DNA from: a virus
DNA length: 64,000 nt
Virus record (IMG/VR): IMGVR_UViG_3300050496_000069
Direction: 5' to 3' (one strand)
Below, piece after piece: positions 1 to 9,347 of the stretch. A model generated the notes under the pieces. It was not told where the DNA came from. It saw only the letters and a program-made list of their open reading frames with translations, and did no database searches. Positions within the stretch are counted from its first letter, which is position 1; each line of letters opens with the position of its first letter. A program made the position numbers and the translations under genes.

Positions 1-269
1 ACTCCGCATTGACGCATGTCTCCCAAAAGCGGGAATCGGTTTTGGGATAACGTCACGCGCAAAAAGATCAGCAAGGCACGTCGCGATTCCCGAGATTCGC
101 CGCGTTTCACGCTCTCATTTTGGCGCATGCCATTGCCGCAAAACGATTTCACCCGTTTGCCAGACATGTCTGAAGCCGCTTTTATCCCCAGCCGCCCCCT
201 CTCTCCAATCACCTTTTCGGGGGTGCGACAAAAAAAACCGGATTGATTGTAGAAAGCGCTTTTTTTGGG

Positions 270-298
270 TTGACCGAACGGATCGCTCTACCTATGTT
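270..298 (+). promoter_or_regulatory. sigma70-type promoter of host tRNA-Lys
   Basis: TTGACC (270-275), 17 nt, TATGTT (293-298), about 40 nt upstream of the tRNA. Confidence 0.6.
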
Positions 299-335
299 CC
301 GCGCACTTCCGAAGGGCATCCCAGCCCCGACACGG

Positions 336-411
336 GAGAGCGTAGCTCAGCCGGTAGAGCAACTGACTTTTAATCAGTAGGTCCAGGGTTCGAATCCCTG
401 CGCTCTCACCA
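336..411 (+). tRNA. tRNA-Lys (anticodon TTT); probable prophage integration target (attL side)
   Basis: Cloverleaf: GAGAGCG/CGCTCTC acceptor stem, GCTC/GAGC D stem, ACTGA-CTTTTAA-TCAGT anticodon arm, CAGGG-TTCGAAT-CCCTG T arm, encoded CCA. Confidence 0.97.
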
Positions 412-469
412 CCTAACCACCTGAAATCATTGATAAAACCGGCATATTAGCGAGCGCTTGCGTACATCG

Positions 470-498
470 CAGTTTGCGTATTTTGCTGTCAGTTTGCA
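470..498. repeat. Short direct repeats CAGTTTGC(G/A); candidate integrase arm-type sites
   Basis: CAGTTTGCG at 470-478 and CAGTTTGCA at 490-498, just inside the putative attL. Confidence 0.35.
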
Positions 499-646
499 AA
501 AATCGTTCTGCGGACGTTCTGGTGGTGCAACTTATGCGGAGCAAAGAAAAACACCGCCGTGGTTAGTGGCGGGGTTTCTGTCTACACAATTAGAATGATC
601 CACTCAACGTGATCGTCGGCCATTCAGTTATGATGGAAACCTTTAA

Positions 647-1552
647 TCATATTCCCGATCCACCTTCTGGAGAGGCAGCGGATCTGACATCCTGTTCTTC
701 CATGGCAATTCTCGCAATCTCATGCAGCTTCTCTAGACCGAAATGTATGTCATGCGTTCTGTAGGTGACTGCAAGACTTTCGTACGCCGGTGAACAAGAT
801 CGTGTGAGCGCAGACAGGCGGGCGAACAACTTACGGAAGTACTCCCAGCTTTCATTGTTCACAAAGCTGATGCGTTCAAATGGGTTAGCCTTCAAGGAAT
901 CTGTGTGTTTCTTGATCTTGTTAGCGATCATGTTGAAAAAATCGTAATCATCGGCTTTCTGAGAATGTTGACCCGAGATGAGGAGGCTGTGTGTTCCGTT
1001 CCCCAAGAGCGTAAGATGAACGCCGAATTCTCGTTCGTAATTCATCAGTTCAAGCCGTGCGCGATAAAGCGTCTTGTCGAATTCGTCGTCCGCTAGGCGG
1101 AGATTGTGCTGCTGAGTAAGAAGATTTGTCTGGGCTGTTAAAAGAGCGGTAGAAGCGATTGTCTCTTTAACCTGCTCCCTCGCCACCGCGAGTTGCGCGG
1201 TCATAACAGCTTGCGTCTCGTTGATTTCATGACGCTGCGATGCGAGTTCAAACGCTTGGATGATGAGGGCTCCCGCCAGGAATATGAATGCGAGTGGTGC
1301 GAAAGCACCACCAAGTGAATCTCCGATTTCGTTGACGTTCAGTTTCGATACGCAGTCCTCAAAAAACGTGAGTCCCGTTTTGTTCTTGCATGCATCCGTC
1401 AGGCTTAAAATGTGGAGATAATAAGCGACATAAGCAACCCCAATTAGGAATACGAGAGTTACAATCGCCCCGCTGGGTATCTTCATCCACCACGGCTTTG
1501 TCGGCAGATCCTGGATCCTAGTTGTCTCTCCTGAAATTCCAATACCCGTCAT
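647..1552 (-). CDS. Accessory membrane protein (2 N-terminal TM segments, coiled coil, soluble C-terminus), function unknown
   Basis: 301 aa; hydrophobic IVTLVFLIGVAYVAYYL and GGAFAPLAFIFLAGALII followed by Q/E-rich heptads; AT-richer than core genes. Confidence 0.7.
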   Translation of the reverse strand: MTGIGISGETTRIQDLPTKPWWMKIPSGAIVTLVFLIGVAYVAYYLHILSLTDACKNKTGLTFFEDCVSKLNVNEIGDSLGGAFAPLAFIFLAGALIIQAFELASQRHEINETQAVMTAQLAVAREQVKETIASTALLTAQTNLLTQQHNLRLADDEFDKTLYRARLELMNYEREFGVHLTLLGNGTHSLLISGQHSQKADDYDFFNMIANKIKKHTDSLKANPFERISFVNNESWEYFRKLFARLSALTRSCSPAYESLAVTYRTHDIHFGLEKLHEIARIAMEEQDVRSAASPEGGSGI

Positions 1553-1729
1553 CCGTTTACCCTTTTAGCCAACCTACTGGTCTCTTTGACATCACGAACC
1601 AAAAAGTTGCAAGCCTCCCCGTAACACACCTACAGCCAATTCCATTGCCGCATTCGGTGATTTGGGTGCATGATTAACAAAGAGACCATGCCCAGCGGGC
1701 TCTAGGTGTCCGGCCTTCTGGGAGCTGGA

Positions 1730-2482
1730 TTATGCGGCGACAGCCACATTTTTGAGCAGCACATTGTCAAGCAGCTGTTGCAAGCGATCAATTCCGTGAG
1801 TGTTGCGGATCTCCATGTCCGGCACCCCGCACCCCGCCTCACTCTCATGACCGCCGGCAATGCCGCCACGACCGACAAGCTGCCAGACCACGCCACCGAG
1901 CTTGCGAACCTCGTCGGCCTCATTGGGGAAACGGCAGTCATCCACGACTACGCAGCCACCTGCGGCGATGATGAGATTTACACGGCGCACCCACAACTCA
2001 ATCCAGAAAGACGGCCCAATGCAGACGCGTCCCCATTGTGTGCCCAAGGTTTGCATTGCATGACGCGGCGTAGCCCCCTGAAGCCAGGCGCATGGCTCTT
2101 CCTTCAGTTCGCCTTCAATCTGCGCTTCACTCAAACCTATCGCCCGCAGCATGTCCTTCAACGGCCCTGCAAACTTCACCAGCTGATAGCCGTTCTTTTC
2201 GACCAGGTACTTGCTGGCCGTGCTCTTGCCGCTGCCAGCAAGGCCGGTCAGCGCGATGACGGGTGGCAGGATGGCTGTGCTGGCCTTTCCAATCGCCGCG
2301 CCGAGTGCACGCAGCTCAGCGGGGACGTTATCATTCGCCGGTACGGCTGTGAGGCAGCCGGTATCTTTGGATGTAATGGTGTCGCCCAGCGTGAAGTTTC
2401 TACGAAAGTCTTCCATGGCAGCCTCGTAAACAATTGACGATTTCGCGATTACCGCGTTCATTCGGTTGATCAGGTCGCTCAT
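1730..2482 (-). CDS. Deoxynucleoside monophosphate kinase (T4 gp1-like)
   Basis: Walker A GLAGSGKST, FAGPLK, TPRHAMQTLGTQWGR and VVVDDCRFPNE motifs. Confidence 0.85.
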   Translation of the reverse strand: MSDLINRMNAVIAKSSIVYEAAMEDFRRNFTLGDTITSKDTGCLTAVPANDNVPAELRALGAAIGKASTAILPPVIALTGLAGSGKSTASKYLVEKNGYQLVKFAGPLKDMLRAIGLSEAQIEGELKEEPCAWLQGATPRHAMQTLGTQWGRVCIGPSFWIELWVRRVNLIIAAGGCVVVDDCRFPNEADEVRKLGGVVWQLVGRGGIAGGHESEAGCGVPDMEIRNTHGIDRLQQLLDNVLLKNVAVAA

Positions 2483-2757
2483 ACCGTCTCCTCAATATTC
2501 TTCTTGTTCTCCACCGAAGGCTTCACAACCGGCCTAAACCGCCACGCCGCAAATGGTGGATCCTCTTCACCGAACTGGGGGCAGACACCGCGGTTCACAC
2601 CCGCCAGGCGGATGCCGGCGTAGTCACCGCCAAGATATGTTCGGCACATGCCCACCCACGTCGCAGTGTAGGTCTCCCCGGCACGAATGCCGAGGTATTG
2701 CTCTGGGAGGGTGGTATCGTCGATGCAGACGACTTCGTCGCCGGATTTGATGGTCAT
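2479..2757 (-). CDS. Phage hypothetical protein
   Basis: Start reassigned to MTIKSG (RBS GGAGG); stop overlaps the next start. Confidence 0.65.
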   Translation of the reverse strand: MTIKSGDEVVCIDDTTLPEQYLGIRAGETYTATWVGMCRTYLGGDYAGIRLAGVNRGVCPQFGEEDPPFAAWRFRPVVKPSVENKKNIEETV

Positions 2758-2926
2758 GTGGCCTCCGGTTTCGCTGCATAGTCCAGTACGGCGCAGACGT
2801 GCTGAGCGAATTGATACCACTCGCGCAAACCAAGACCATTTGGCCGGTCAATTTCTCGCGTCCTTAATGAAGATTCGCCATCGTAAATGCGCCCGATATT
2901 CATGTCGTCGAATGACCATCGCCACA

Positions 2927-3361
2927 TTATGCCGCCTCCTTCATCTCAGCCCGTTCGCGGATCGCGCCCATGATGTCCTTCACGGTCGTCCACGGCACGA
3001 CGACGGTGCGGGTACACTCCTCGCCGTCTGCGTCACGATCTTCGACGCCAAAGCTGAACTCGCCGATGTACGCCGCCTTGGTCGCGCCGCTCGGCGCCAG
3101 CGCCTCCTGCAATCGCTCGACCTTCCCCCGCAAATGCGCCAGAGAAAGATCGTGGAAGCACTCGTTGGTGAACTCCGGCGCCACATCAAGCGGGATGGCG
3201 TAGCTGTCGCGCTCCTTCGGCGTGTACCTCTCCTTGATAGGAATGCCGTGGCTGGTGAACTCTTCGGCGAGCCACCGCCCCGCCTTGTTTCGAATGCCGG
3301 TGTAGCCTTTGTGGCCTGGGCATTCGTACAGGTCTCGTTTCAGAAGCACGTACAGGGTCAT
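2927..3361 (-). CDS. Phage hypothetical protein
   Basis: 144 aa, ATGA-coupled to the HD gene. Confidence 0.65.
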   Translation of the reverse strand: MTLYVLLKRDLYECPGHKGYTGIRNKAGRWLAEEFTSHGIPIKERYTPKERDSYAIPLDVAPEFTNECFHDLSLAHLRGKVERLQEALAPSGATKAAYIGEFSFGVEDRDADGEECTRTVVVPWTTVKDIMGAIRERAEMKEAA

Positions 3362-3996
3362 GCCACCCTCCCCGCCGTCAACGCATCAAACGTCGCCAGG
3401 AACTCCAGCTCCGCTTCCTCCGGTGACCAGTACCGCAGCTTCACGCCCAGCGGCCTATCGTGCTTGGCGCGCCACGGCATGTCACGCAGGTTAACCAGTT
3501 CGTCGGCGATAATGCGGTTGTCCGCATCATGTACCTCGCGTGGCAACTCCCGGTCCAGCTGAAACCGGGCCGCGATAGCCAGCCAGTTGTCCTGCTCGAT
3601 GGCTCGGTAGTTCGTCAGGTACGGCTTCAGCGGCCGCGGAATGTCCACGCAGTAGGCTTCAGGTGCATCATGCATAAGGCCAGCCAAAGCGACCTCAGGC
3701 GCGCGTGTCGCCGCGAGGTGACGTGCGATAAGGACAGAGTGCTCGGCGACGCTATAGAACTTGATGCAGTGACCTGCGTAGCGGCATTGCAGGCTCAGCG
3801 AGTGCGCGATGTCCTCGATGTAGATTTCGTGCGGGCGCGGGTCCATCGGCCAGTATTTGCGGCCTGTGAAGGTCTGCATGAAGTCGCCGACGCGGGATGG
3901 CATGTTATCGTTGGCGGCCACGTACTTGTCCAGCGGGCCGAAGGTGGTTGGGGCGAGTTCTGCCGGTACGGCTTCTTCTCTTCGCATGAACATCAC
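3358..3996 (-). CDS. HD-domain phosphohydrolase (YfdR/YfbR-like 5'-deoxynucleotidase)
   Basis: IEDIAHSLSLQCRYAGH, FYSVAEHS and GLMHDAPEAYCVDIPRPLK motifs. Confidence 0.85.
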   Translation of the reverse strand: MMFMRREEAVPAELAPTTFGPLDKYVAANDNMPSRVGDFMQTFTGRKYWPMDPRPHEIYIEDIAHSLSLQCRYAGHCIKFYSVAEHSVLIARHLAATRAPEVALAGLMHDAPEAYCVDIPRPLKPYLTNYRAIEQDNWLAIAARFQLDRELPREVHDADNRIIADELVNLRDMPWRAKHDRPLGVKLRYWSPEEAELEFLATFDALTAGRVA

Positions 3997-4703
3997 GCAC
4001 CCTCCTTCAATTCACGAATTGTCGGACCTTTGATCTCGATCGTTGAGACCGGACCTCCGGCCACATCGTCATCAAAAACGCCGATAACAAGCCTGCCTGT
4101 GTACCAAGCCAGTGTATCGAAGTTGCTCCGACCACGTAGCAACAGAGGACCGTCCTCATGCTGATGATGCCCGTGCACAACGTGAAGGTCGCCGTAGCCG
4201 TCTTCGGCGCCGTCTGGGTAAAGCATCCACGTATTCTTTTGGGCGTCCTGCTCGTCGAGCGGCACGCCGTCCTGAACGCCAGCATGCACAAAGACGCGCT
4301 TGCCATCATTGTGGGTGATTGGAAGGCCAGCCATCCACTGTAGATGGGCAAGCTCTACAACGCTGACATCAATAGCCGCGCCCACCTCGTGCCCGTAGGA
4401 CATCAGCGTTGCGCCGCCGCCGTTTGGAATCCACCACGAGCTTGCCAGACCGGGGGCGTAGCACGCCGCCATCATGATTTCTTCGTGGTTTCCTTGCAGG
4501 CAAATCCACTTCCATCGAGACGGATCGGTGGGCCCAGCCATCAGCGTCTCAATAACCTGCCGGCTTGCCGGACCGCGATCGACGTAGTCGCCAGTAAATA
4601 CAATCGTCCCGCCGCTATGGCTGGATTGCTCAATACGCTTGATTGCGGCGACAAGCAGATCATGTCTGCCGTGAAGGTCCGCTATAATGAATGTTTTGGT
4701 CAA
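3993..4703 (-). CDS. Metallophosphoesterase, Ser/Thr phosphatase family (lambda NinI/PrpA-like)
   Basis: ADLHG, GDYVDRG, LQGNHE and FVHAG motifs; TTG start after RBS GAGGAG. Confidence 0.85.
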   Translation of the reverse strand: MTKTFIIADLHGRHDLLVAAIKRIEQSSHSGGTIVFTGDYVDRGPASRQVIETLMAGPTDPSRWKWICLQGNHEEIMMAACYAPGLASSWWIPNGGGATLMSYGHEVGAAIDVSVVELAHLQWMAGLPITHNDGKRVFVHAGVQDGVPLDEQDAQKNTWMLYPDGAEDGYGDLHVVHGHHQHEDGPLLLRGRSNFDTLAWYTGRLVIGVFDDDVAGGPVSTIEIKGPTIRELKEGA

Positions 4704-4892
4704 CTGTTTCTCCTCAGTGGTGTGGTGGTTGACCTCCAGTTGGTGGCTGGCGGCCATGGTGCAGTTGGGTGTCAATTTAATTTTTTATACGAAATTGAAA
4801 TATTTAAATGGAAAACCTTTAATTCAGTATAGTAATATTAGTTATTGAGTTTTCAATGACTTATACCATAATATTAAAGAAAGAACATAAAG

Positions 4893-4988
4893 ATGAATAT
4901 ACTAATCCGTGAATTCCTACGAACATTATTGCTGTTTGTGCTTGATGAAGTTTGGGAGATGATTAAGCGTTGGTGGGATGGCGATTAA
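4893..4988 (+). CDS. Candidate 31-aa hydrophobic/amphipathic peptide MNILIREFLRTLLLFVLDEVWEMIKRWWDGD
   Basis: ORF read by eye downstream of a very AT-rich patch; stop overlaps the stop of the minus-strand gene. Confidence 0.4.
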   Translation: MNILIREFLRTLLLFVLDEVWEMIKRWWDGD

Positions 4989-6244
4989 GCCACCCCACCC
5001 CGCTTAAGTTGCTCGTTATCATTCGCAGCCGCATATCGCCCGGCTACCATCTCCGGACGCAGCGTGGAGCGCGCCACTTCGCCATATCGGCGCGAGTATG
5101 TGATGACCTTGGCAGACCGACCCGACAGCCAACCGCCGCCAGCGGCATAAGCATCCGGCGCGGCAAGCGTTTCGTGGCGCTCGACATACATCAGCGCGGA
5201 CTTGCGGCCCTCATCGCTGTGCAGGTGGCCGGCATGAGCGAAGGCATATTTCGAAGCGCCGAACATCTCGCGGAACATACCAGCCAGCGTCGCATCGACC
5301 TGAGCCACGCCGCGCTTGTGTCCGTGATGGTAGAACAGCGCCGTGTCGCCCCACTTGTAGGCGTAGTAGAGCATCGGGCTGGTATCGACGGTTACTCTCG
5401 GCTCATTCTCATAGATCGTGGCCAACAACTCGCGCACCCATACCGATGAGGCCGGATCGTGATTGCCAGAAGCCATGACGATGTGAACGTGCTTGTGCTT
5501 CTGTAGAAGCATGTCGATGACAAGGCGCAATGTGCGGATAACGACGCGAACAACCTTATGCAGGCGAGAATCGGCATCAAGGACGTGCTTGTGCGCAGGT
5601 GTGACACTCTCGAGAGCGTCATGGTGTAAAAGGTCGCCGAGCTGCGCGAGAACGGCCGTGTGCGCCTGCGGAGCGCCTGCCACAGCGGCGGCGAACCAAT
5701 CCAGCAACAACTGCTCTGCCAGCCTTAGATCGTAGTCCGCGCCGGTTTCCTCACGATGCGCCAACATACCGAAATGGCTGTCGGTCACAACGAACTGGTT
5801 GAGCAAATCTTCTTCGACGTGCTGCGGCGCGGGCATGATGGTAATGCGCGGCAGGTCTTCCTTGAGGCCGTCGACCATCGCCTTGAAAACGGCAAGCTGG
5901 CCCTCCGCTTCCACAGCCGTCTTTTGCCACTGCTGGATAACGCGCCCCTCACCATCGACGAGGGCCGACACGCCTTTGACCACGTGGCCATTGGGGATGG
6001 CGAATTTTTCGCCGCGCTCCGGAGCCTGCTGAATGAATGTGCCGCTCGGCGTGTTGCTGATGCGGCTGATGCGGAATCCTGGGAGGACAGGATCTGTGCC
6101 AAGCAGGCCAGCCTCAGCTGCCCGTTTGAGGCTTTCAGCAAGCGCCGACTTGCCGATACCAAGTGCTGCGGCCGCTTTGATCAGCGTGCCGTGCTCTCGG
6201 TAGGCGTAGGCTCTTCGGCGGAGTTCTTCGGTGGGTAGAGGCAT
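4985..6244 (-). CDS. Calcineurin-like metallophosphoesterase/nuclease with N-terminal HTH-like segment
   Basis: TDSHFG, LGDLLHHD, SGNHD, YHHGH and GHLH motifs. Confidence 0.75.
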   Translation of the reverse strand: MPLPTEELRRRAYAYREHGTLIKAAAALGIGKSALAESLKRAAEAGLLGTDPVLPGFRISRISNTPSGTFIQQAPERGEKFAIPNGHVVKGVSALVDGEGRVIQQWQKTAVEAEGQLAVFKAMVDGLKEDLPRITIMPAPQHVEEDLLNQFVVTDSHFGMLAHREETGADYDLRLAEQLLLDWFAAAVAGAPQAHTAVLAQLGDLLHHDALESVTPAHKHVLDADSRLHKVVRVVIRTLRLVIDMLLQKHKHVHIVMASGNHDPASSVWVRELLATIYENEPRVTVDTSPMLYYAYKWGDTALFYHHGHKRGVAQVDATLAGMFREMFGASKYAFAHAGHLHSDEGRKSALMYVERHETLAAPDAYAAGGGWLSGRSAKVITYSRRYGEVARSTLRPEMVAGRYAAANDNEQLKRGGVA

Positions 6245-6304
6245 GCAGTCTCCTCGATGTGGTGGTGCTTTTGGTGAAAAAGCAAGCTGGTTAGGCCGAT
6301 AATC

Positions 6305-6334
6305 AAGCTAAACTGTTTTTACAAATTTGTCAAG
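6305..6334 (-). promoter_or_regulatory. Repeated early promoter-operator, copy 1
   Basis: Minus strand TTGACA-17 nt-TAGCTT with palindrome ACAAATTTGT (6321-6330); near-identical copies at 46878 and 59090. Confidence 0.8.
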
Positions 6335-6454
6335 AATCAGTGAGTAATGTATGGGTATGCGACTTGCTGTTTATGTACAAAGATACCGCACGAAAAATTC
6401 CAGCCGAGTGTTTCATGTGCTAACAAGCAATGCCCACTAGCGAAAGGAAGCTAG

Positions 6455-7594
6455 GTGAAGACGGAATACTGTACTCGGACGCAGTCAAGCGATTCAGCAC
6501 CAAAGCCAAAAGTTGGAGAGATTCGTGCGCTGACTGGCCTGCGAGGCGTTGCGGCTACAGATGTTGCGCTGCTCCATATCGGTGGCGTTGCACCGTTAAG
6601 TTTATTTGCATTCCACAATCAGGCCGTCGATATCTTCTTTTGTTTAAGCGGTTTCACGCTATCTCTCGCCTATCGTATAGAATCGGCTCGGCATTTGAAT
6701 TGGAAAGCTTTTTTTGCTGCTAGGTTTGCGAGGGTCTATCCGCTTTGTGCAATAGCGCTGATTTTATGTACGATTTATAGCGCTTTTTGGAACTTAAACA
6801 ATTTTTCGGCCTATGGACCAATAGAATTCATTGGTGACTTCGTGCGCCAACTGCTCATGATAAATGCCCTTCCTGTAATCGGTTCCAGCGTTCACTGGAT
6901 AGCGCCGATGTGGTCGCTCTCAATTGAGGCATTTTGCTATGTTGCAATTTTCCCCATCTTGTTCGCCATAACAATGCCAGCTGGATCTTTGAGCCCAAAA
7001 TGGCGTTTGGCAATTATTCTTATGCTCAGCGGTTTCACCTACGCATTCTATGTACTTTTCATGAATCCGGGGGTTTATTCACATCTTGTTCCGCCGGCAA
7101 CAGGGCCTTGGATACATTGGGTCGCGATAGTGCGGGGAATCTGCATGTTCACCTGTGGCTGGCTGGTTTATACCCTCTATACCAATGCACCCGCAATTTT
7201 GAATGGCGCAATCGAGATGGTTGACATTGTAGTGTTTGTCGCTGCGCTTATTCTAGTTGGCCGGATGTTTGGTGTGGTTGATGTCGCCCTCATCGTACCC
7301 TTAGCGCCCTTTTTAGTTCTTGGCATTTCCAGCGGAGATTCCCTGACATCCCGAATTCTATCAGGTAACACACTGCATTATCTCGGGAAAATTTCCTATT
7401 CTCTCTACATCCTGCATTGGCCTGTAAAAGAATTATACGACTTGCTGGGTGGCAGCTCACAGCCAGAAATAAGGCTCGCCGCAATATTTATCGCATCGTT
7501 GGCCTTATCTGGCTTATCATATTCATATTTAGAAACGCCAATGCGAATATTTTTGTTTAAAAAAATCACGCAAAAACTTAGCAAGCATGGCTAA
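6455..7594 (+). CDS. Acyltransferase-3 family membrane O-acyltransferase (OafA/OatA-like)
   Basis: ALTGLRGVAA, AVDIFFCLSGF, RFARVYP, WSLSIEAFCY and LGKISYSLYILHWP motifs; many TM segments; AT-rich. Confidence 0.9.
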   Translation: MKTEYCTRTQSSDSAPKPKVGEIRALTGLRGVAATDVALLHIGGVAPLSLFAFHNQAVDIFFCLSGFTLSLAYRIESARHLNWKAFFAARFARVYPLCAIALILCTIYSAFWNLNNFSAYGPIEFIGDFVRQLLMINALPVIGSSVHWIAPMWSLSIEAFCYVAIFPILFAITMPAGSLSPKWRLAIILMLSGFTYAFYVLFMNPGVYSHLVPPATGPWIHWVAIVRGICMFTCGWLVYTLYTNAPAILNGAIEMVDIVVFVAALILVGRMFGVVDVALIVPLAPFLVLGISSGDSLTSRILSGNTLHYLGKISYSLYILHWPVKELYDLLGGSSQPEIRLAAIFIASLALSGLSYSYLETPMRIFLFKKITQKLSKHG

Positions 7595-7669
7595 GCCACG
7601 CACGTTTCCAACTACTCGCCGCCCTGTATAGTCCGATGCAAGACTCCGCTTGACTCCTCTCTAAAATGA

Positions 7670-7684
7670 GAACATTTGTAGAAC
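7670..7684 (+). promoter_or_regulatory. Alphaproteobacterial LexA (SOS) box
   Basis: GAAC-ATTTGTA-GAAC matches the GAAC-N7-GAAC consensus; TTGACT at 7650-7655; 18 nt upstream of the cassette containing SRAP. Confidence 0.75.
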
Positions 7685-7702
7685 AGACGAGGAGTACGCA
7701 AC

Positions 7703-7942
7703 ATGGCCGATGAAGAAAAAATCATCGTAGTGCAGTTCAAAAACAGCCGTGGCGGTGTTGTGCCGGGTGAAATGAGACCCGCAACCAGCCAAGCATCCGC
7801 GGAAAAAATGGCAGGCGCAATGGCATCGCGCCACATCGGCGTGGCGGCGTACGCTGTCACTGTAGATGATGAAAGTGGCGCTATGGCCAACCCGCGCCTG
7901 CTAGTTTCACATGGGCAGATTTCGGACTTGATGCCAGACTGA
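7703..7942 (+). CDS. Hypothetical protein, first gene of putative SOS cassette
   Basis: 79 aa, RBS GAGGAG. Confidence 0.7.
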   Translation: MADEEKIIVVQFKNSRGGVVPGEMRPATSQASAEKMAGAMASRHIGVAAYAVTVDDESGAMANPRLLVSHGQISDLMPD

Positions 7943-8015
7943 TTTACCGGCGCGCGGGCGCGCGCCTTTTCATGACAAGGGAAGCTTTGCGGCTCTGAAA
8001 AAGGAGAATGAGGAC

Positions 8016-8216
8016 GTGCGCCCAGAATTCCAAAGGTCGGAAGTTGATCCGGTAGACCACATCATCGCATGGCATGATGGCGATAGTCGCGCCGCCATTG
8101 AGACGCTCATGGGGGACATTCTGCATCTGAAGATGCAACTCGCTCTGGCGACGGCTGCGATGGGCACGGGATTTACGAGAGGATGGAAGCCGGACGCTGA
8201 TCGAGATGCCAGGTAA
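8016..8216 (+). CDS. Hypothetical protein
   Basis: 66 aa, GTG start after GAGGA, overlaps the next gene. Confidence 0.6.
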   Translation: MRPEFQRSEVDPVDHIIAWHDGDSRAAIETLMGDILHLKMQLALATAAMGTGFTRGWKPDADRDAR

Positions 8217-8682
8217 AGGAGTTTATTTGCTGTCGGATTACGGCGGCGAGCCTGTGGGAGTTTTATGCGAGGACTGCGAGCTTCTCAAATTCATCTGCAC
8301 TGCTGAACTAATGATCGAGTTTGGCGACTTACAAATGCCGACTTTGCTCGAAAAAATTTCGCAGGAGGTCCTCAAGTGCCCAAAGCCGATGAAGGGTTTC
8401 TCGGGACGATGCAGGCTCCGATACCACACTCGCTCCGGCAGCATTATGGAAGCATTGAAACAAGCGCCGCCTTCGCCCGTTAAGGTCAAGGAAATACGGA
8501 ACTGGGAGATTGTCGTTGCCAAGTGCAACTACTGCGGTCACGTTTCGAATATCCAGCATTGGCAGCTGAACTGCGTGGCTAAAACCGATACCACCGTCGA
8601 CGATATTGCCAAGCGGCTAAAGTGCAAAAGGTGCAACACCAAGGGTGACGTCAAAATCACCATAGCCAAGATGCCGAGGTGA
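8206..8682 (+). CDS. Putative zinc-binding protein (two Cys-cluster repeats)
   Basis: CEDC..CPK..RC and CNYCGH..CKRCN motifs. Confidence 0.65.
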   Translation: MPGKGVYLLSDYGGEPVGVLCEDCELLKFICTAELMIEFGDLQMPTLLEKISQEVLKCPKPMKGFSGRCRLRYHTRSGSIMEALKQAPPSPVKVKEIRNWEIVVAKCNYCGHVSNIQHWQLNCVAKTDTTVDDIAKRLKCKRCNTKGDVKITIAKMPR

Positions 8683-8684
8683 GC

Positions 8685-9347
8685 ATGTGTAATTTGTACC
8701 GTGTGAAGACCAATCAGGAATCTATCCGCGACATCGTGGGCATCATGCAGGAGCGGCTTAATCTGGAGCCAGACATTGAGGTCTATCCAGATCGGCCGGC
8801 GCCGGTGGTGCGCAACGGTGAGAGCGGCCGGGAGTTGGTCGGCCTGACGTGGGGTATGCCCTCGCCGCAGTTCGTCACGCAAGGCAAGCCTGACACCGGC
8901 GTGACCAACATCCGCAACGTCACGTCACCGCATTGGCGGCGGTGGCTTCGGGTAGAGAACCGGTGCGTGGTTCCGTGGACGACCTTTTGCGAATGGGAAG
9001 ATACCAAACCCCGGAAGACGAAGCGCTGGTTTGCTATCAACGAGGAAACGCCCCTCGCCTTCTTCGCCGGCATCTGGACGGACTGGCATGGCGTTCGGGG
9101 ATCTACGAAGAACCCGCGCGAAGGCGATCATCAGCTTTTTGCATTCCTGACGACCGACCCTAACGGCATTGTGAAGCCGATCCACCCGAAGGCTATGCCG
9201 GTCATTCTGACAAATAAGGATGAAGTGGAAACATGGCTGACCGCACCATGGGAAGAAGCGAAAGCGCTTCAGCGGCCACTGCCTGATGACGGCCTGGTGC
9301 TACTGCCTGTTGAGGAGGAGAGCAAGCCAGCCGATCTTTTTGGATGA
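8685..9347 (+). CDS. yedK: SOS response-associated peptidase SRAP (YedK/HMCES family, abasic-site protection)
   Basis: N-terminal M-C-N-L-Y (catalytic Cys2), NIRNV, RCVVP..FCEW, FFAGIW and IHPKAMPVIL motifs. Confidence 0.9.
   Translation: MCNLYRVKTNQESIRDIVGIMQERLNLEPDIEVYPDRPAPVVRNGESGRELVGLTWGMPSPQFVTQGKPDTGVTNIRNVTSPHWRRWLRVENRCVVPWTTFCEWEDTKPRKTKRWFAINEETPLAFFAGIWTDWHGVRGSTKNPREGDHQLFAFLTTDPNGIVKPIHPKAMPVILTNKDEVETWLTAPWEEAKALQRPLPDDGLVLLPVEEESKPADLFG

Noticed and set aside
16-246. 76-aa plus-strand ORF upstream of the tRNA
   Set aside because: No RBS or recognisable motif; lies in the host intergenic/promoter region.
505-519. GTTC-N7-GTTC (LexA-box consensus) near attL
   Set aside because: No downstream gene or clear promoter to control; may be chance. 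Only a LexA EMSA would rescue it.
1730-6244. Possible DNA hypermodification or Z-genome pathway (kinase plus HD)
   Set aside because: No PurZ, queuosine/7-deazaguanine, thymidylate-synthase-like or glycosyltransferase genes and no phage polymerase in the window.
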